Shown here one piece after another: positions 61,202-64,000 of a stretch of 64,000 nucleotides of DNA. The notes beneath the pieces are model-generated. The model saw only the letters and a list, made by a program, of their open reading frames with translations. It was not told the origin of the DNA and did no database searches. The stretch is from an uncultured Gemmatimonadales bacterium. GTDB taxonomy: Bacteria > Gemmatimonadota > Gemmatimonadetes > Longimicrobiales > RSA9. Position numbers and translations under genes: made by a program. Positions within the stretch are counted from its first letter, which is position 1. The number at the start of each line of letters is the position of its first letter. The stretch lies in assembly GCA_963741945.1 (NCBI GenBank), contig CAVUKA010000001.1, positions 512,001 through 576,000 on the forward strand, read 5' to 3'.

Positions 61202-63681
61202 TCCAGCTCCGCCACGGTGACGCCGCTCCCGCCCTCGCCGATCCCGCCGGCGCGGTAGGACGCCACCCGGGGGTCGGTGGCCAGCAGCTCGGCGACGACC
61301 TGGCGCAGCACGCCGGTGCCCTTCCCGTGCACGATCCGGAGGCTCGGCAGCCCCGCCTGGATGGCCGCGTCCAGCGCTGGCTGGAGCGTCCCCGCCACTT
61401 CCTCCGCCCGCAGCCCCAGCAGGTGGACTTCCGGCGACGCGTTCACTGTCGGACCACTCCACGCGCCACCCCGCGCCGATGGGGCCGATCCAGCGGCCGG
61501 GCGCTTCCGTGAGCCTCTGCCCGATCCGGACCGCTGCGCCGACCCGGGCTGCCGCCCCGACTCCGGAGCCGGCTCGAGGTCCGTGATCCGCAGGTCGACC
61601 CGCAGGCCGCCCGTTTCCACGGTGGCGCGTCCGTCCCGGACTTCCAGCACCGTCCCCGTGGCACCGGTGGCCGCGATCCGGACCGGGTCGCCGGGCTCGA
61701 GCGCTTCGGCCAGCTCCGGGTCACCGCCCGCACCGCCCCCACCGCCCTCCCGCCGCGGGCGCTTCGCCGGCGCCTTCTCCGCCTGTCGGGTCGCCGCCTG
61801 CTCCACGCGCCGGCGCGCCGCGGTGGCGGCCTCCTCGAACGCTTCGCGGTCCGCCCCCGCTTCCACGGCGCGGCGCAGCTCCTCCACGGCGGCCTCGACC
61901 TCCTGCCGGGCGTTCATCAGGAGGTCGCGCGCCTGCTGTCGGGCGCGCCGCTCCGCGTCCGCCTCACGCCGCCGGACCTCGCGGGCGCGGGCTTCCATCT
62001 CCTCGCGGAGCGTGTCGGCGTCCGATCGGGCCGCCTCCGCCTCCGCCCGCTCCCGCTCGGCGCTGGCCACGGCCTCGGCCAGCTCGCCCTCCTTGGTCTC
62101 CAGTTCCGCGAGCAGCTGCGTGACGTCGCGCTCCCCGCGCGGCAGGAGCGCTTCCGCCCGCCCGAGCAGCGAGTCACGGAACCCGAGCCGGCGAGCGATG
62201 GCCAGCCCGTAGCTGCGGCCGGGGATCCCCTTGAGCAGACGGTACGTGGGCTCCAGCCTCTCGGCATCGAACTGGAGCGACGCATTGACCACGCCCGTTT
62301 CCTCGCCCGCCAGCACCTTGAGCTGCCCAAGGTGCGACGTGGCCACGGTCATGGTCCCTCGCCGCGTCAGCTCCACCAGGATGGCGCGGGCGAGCGCTGC
62401 GCCTTCCTGCGGGTCGGTGCCGCTCCCGATCTCGTCGATCAGGACCAGGGATCGGTGCGTGGCCTCGGCCACGATCTCCCGCAGATTGGAGAGGTGGGCG
62501 GAGAACGTGGAGAGGCTGGCCTCGATGGACTGCTCGTCGCCGATGTCGGCGAAAACGTCGCCGAAGACGGGCAGCCGCGTCCCTTTCGCCACCGGGGGCA
62601 CAATGCCCGCCTGCGCCATCAGGCTGAGCAGGCCGATGCCCTTCAGCAGCACTGTCTTCCCGCCCGTGTTCGGCCCCGAGACCACGAGCGTGCGCTCCCC
62701 CGGGTCGAGCCGGAGATCGAACGGCACCACGTTCCGGTCCGACTCCGCCAGCAGCGGGTGGCGGGCCGCCACCACTTCGTACGCTTCCGCGTCATCGGAC
62801 AGCTCGGGCGGTTCCGCCGCGTGCTCCAGCGCGTACCGGGCGCGGGCGAACAGGGAGTCGAAAGCGACGAGGGCGTCGAGGCTGTCCCGCAGCGCGCCGG
62901 CGTGGGGGCGGAGCCCCTCGGTCAGCTCTTCCAGGATCCGCTGCACTTCGCGCGCTTCCGCCAGCTCCAGCTCGCGCACGCGGTTCATCAGCTCCAGCGC
63001 CATTGGCGGCTCGATGAAGAGCGTGCTCCCCGTGGCGGACTCGTCGTGAACGATGCCGCCCACGCGCGCGCGCCCCTCTCGCCGGACGGGGACCACGTAG
63101 CGGCCTTCCCGCACGGTGACGGAAGCATCCTCGACGCGGTACGACTCCGGCAGTCCGGCCGCGAACCGCTCGAGGCGCGCGACGATGCTGCTCCGCTGCG
63201 CGCGCAGCTCACGGCGGGTGCGGGCGAGGACGGGCGAGGCGTCGTCGCGGACGTCGCCCGCGTCGTCGATGGCGCGGTCGACGACTCGGGCCTCCCCCTC
63301 CAGGTCCGCCATCCGTTCCCGCAGGTCACGCAGTGCCGGCAGCTCCTCCGTGTGCCGCCCCAGCGCCTGGCGCGTCTGCCGGCTGGCGCGCATGAGGCGG
63401 ACGCACTCGAGCAGCGTCCGACCCTCCCAGACGGAGCCGCGCTTGGACAGGCGGATCAGCTCCTGGCGCAGGTCGGGGATCCCGGGCACGGCCCACCCCT
63501 CCGTGCGCTGGACGAACGACATCATGGCGTGCACACGCCCCAGCTCCGCCTCCACCCATGCCCGGGCGTCCGTGGGCTCGAGGGCGCGTACGGCCTCCGC
63601 CCCCAGGTCGCTGGTGGCCCGGCGCGCCACGATGTCCAGTGCGGCGGGGAGCTGCAGAACGCGGAAGGCGTGTCGGTTCAA
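61198..63681 (-). CDS. mutS2: MutS2 with C-terminal Smr domain
   Basis: SGPNTGGKT, DIGDEQSI..SLSTFS, DEIGSGTDP and HGKGTG. TTG start. Confidence 0.96.
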   Translation of the reverse strand: MNRHAFRVLQLPAALDIVARRATSDLGAEAVRALEPTDARAWVEAELGRVHAMMSFVQRTEGWAVPGIPDLRQELIRLSKRGSVWEGRTLLECVRLMRASRQTRQALGRHTEELPALRDLRERMADLEGEARVVDRAIDDAGDVRDDASPVLARTRRELRAQRSSIVARLERFAAGLPESYRVEDASVTVREGRYVVPVRREGRARVGGIVHDESATGSTLFIEPPMALELMNRVRELELAEAREVQRILEELTEGLRPHAGALRDSLDALVAFDSLFARARYALEHAAEPPELSDDAEAYEVVAARHPLLAESDRNVVPFDLRLDPGERTLVVSGPNTGGKTVLLKGIGLLSLMAQAGIVPPVAKGTRLPVFGDVFADIGDEQSIEASLSTFSAHLSNLREIVAEATHRSLVLIDEIGSGTDPQEGAALARAILVELTRRGTMTVATSHLGQLKVLAGEETGVVNASLQFDAERLEPTYRLLKGIPGRSYGLAIARRLGFRDSLLGRAEALLPRGERDVTQLLAELETKEGELAEAVASAERERAEAEAARSDADTLREEMEARAREVRRREADAERRARQQARDLLMNARQEVEAAVEELRRAVEAGADREAFEEAATAARRRVEQAATRQAEKAPAKRPRREGGGGGAGGDPELAEALEPGDPVRIAATGATGTVLEVRDGRATVETGGLRVDLRITDLEPAPESGRQPGSAQRSGSGRGSRKRPAAGSAPSARGGAWSGPTVNASPEVHLLGLRAEEVAGTLQPALDAAIQAGLPSLRIVHGKGTGVLRQVVAELLATDPRVASYRAGGIGEGGSGVTVAELE

Positions 63682-64000
63682 AGCTCCTCGCGCACGATCC
63701 GACTCGCTTCCTTGCCATCGAAGCGGCCCTTGATACGGGGCATGAGCGCCCCCATCACCGCGCCCAGCTCCGTCGCCCCACCCTCGATCAGCTCGCGCAC
63801 CATTGCGCGCACTTCCGCTTCCGACAGCCGCGCGGGCATGTACGCGCGCAGCATGGTGGCCTCGTGCTCCTCCTTCTCCGCCAGCGCGTCCCGCTCCGCC
63901 GACCGCATCTGCGCCGCCGACTCCCTGCGCTGCTTGATGGCCCGCGCCACGACCTCGATGACGTCCTCATCGGCCAGGTCGCGGCCCAGCTCGATCTCCC
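63678..64000 (-). CDS. GatB/YqeY domain protein (5' end outside window)
   Basis: IKQRRESA...LAEKE..E...L..YMP..LSE and GAVMG.LMP..KGRFDGK. Confidence 0.88.
   Translation of the reverse strand, partial: EIELGRDLADEDVIEVVARAIKQRRESAAQMRSAERDALAEKEEHEATMLRAYMPARLSEAEVRAMVRELIEGGATELGAVMGALMPRIKGRFDGKEASRIVREEL

Overview
High-GC bacterial chromosome segment. Protein style and gene order suggest Gemmatimonadota, but this is an unverified inference. The window has two halves separated by an elongator tRNA-Met (28955-29027). The left ~29 kb is accessory and signalling-rich. It holds a chemosensory cluster (cheA-cheW-hybrid kinase, an opposed OmpR regulator, cheW2-cheR-cheD-cheY-cheX-cheB) and three tandem chemoreceptor genes that share a 771-bp near-identical signalling segment, with an OprB-family porin coupled between receptors 2 and 3. 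It also holds an AidB-like acyl-CoA dehydrogenase, MscL, an EEP lipoprotein, orphan PAS kinases, a P1B-4 ATPase behind a perfect Fur/PerR-type box, and FabH. Eight sigma28 (FliA/SigD)-like promoters mark almost every transcription unit between 2.5 and 17.2 kb. They would place an uncharacterised exported protein, a hybrid kinase, an OmpR regulator and the porin in the motility regulon. Indels cluster at 11.1-14.3 kb and are probably read errors. From 32.2 kb to the end, all genes are housekeeping-type and lie on the minus strand (ftsB to mutS2/yqeY). This run includes an Rsb partner-switching trio with no sigma gene, rex with its operator, arcA and a pseudo-histidine kinase. It is broken by a ~530-bp non-coding mosaic of palindromes ending in a 16-unit GACCTCC heptamer array. 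No CRISPR, integrase, transposase or rRNA was seen. All family calls are motif recognition by eye; no searches were run.
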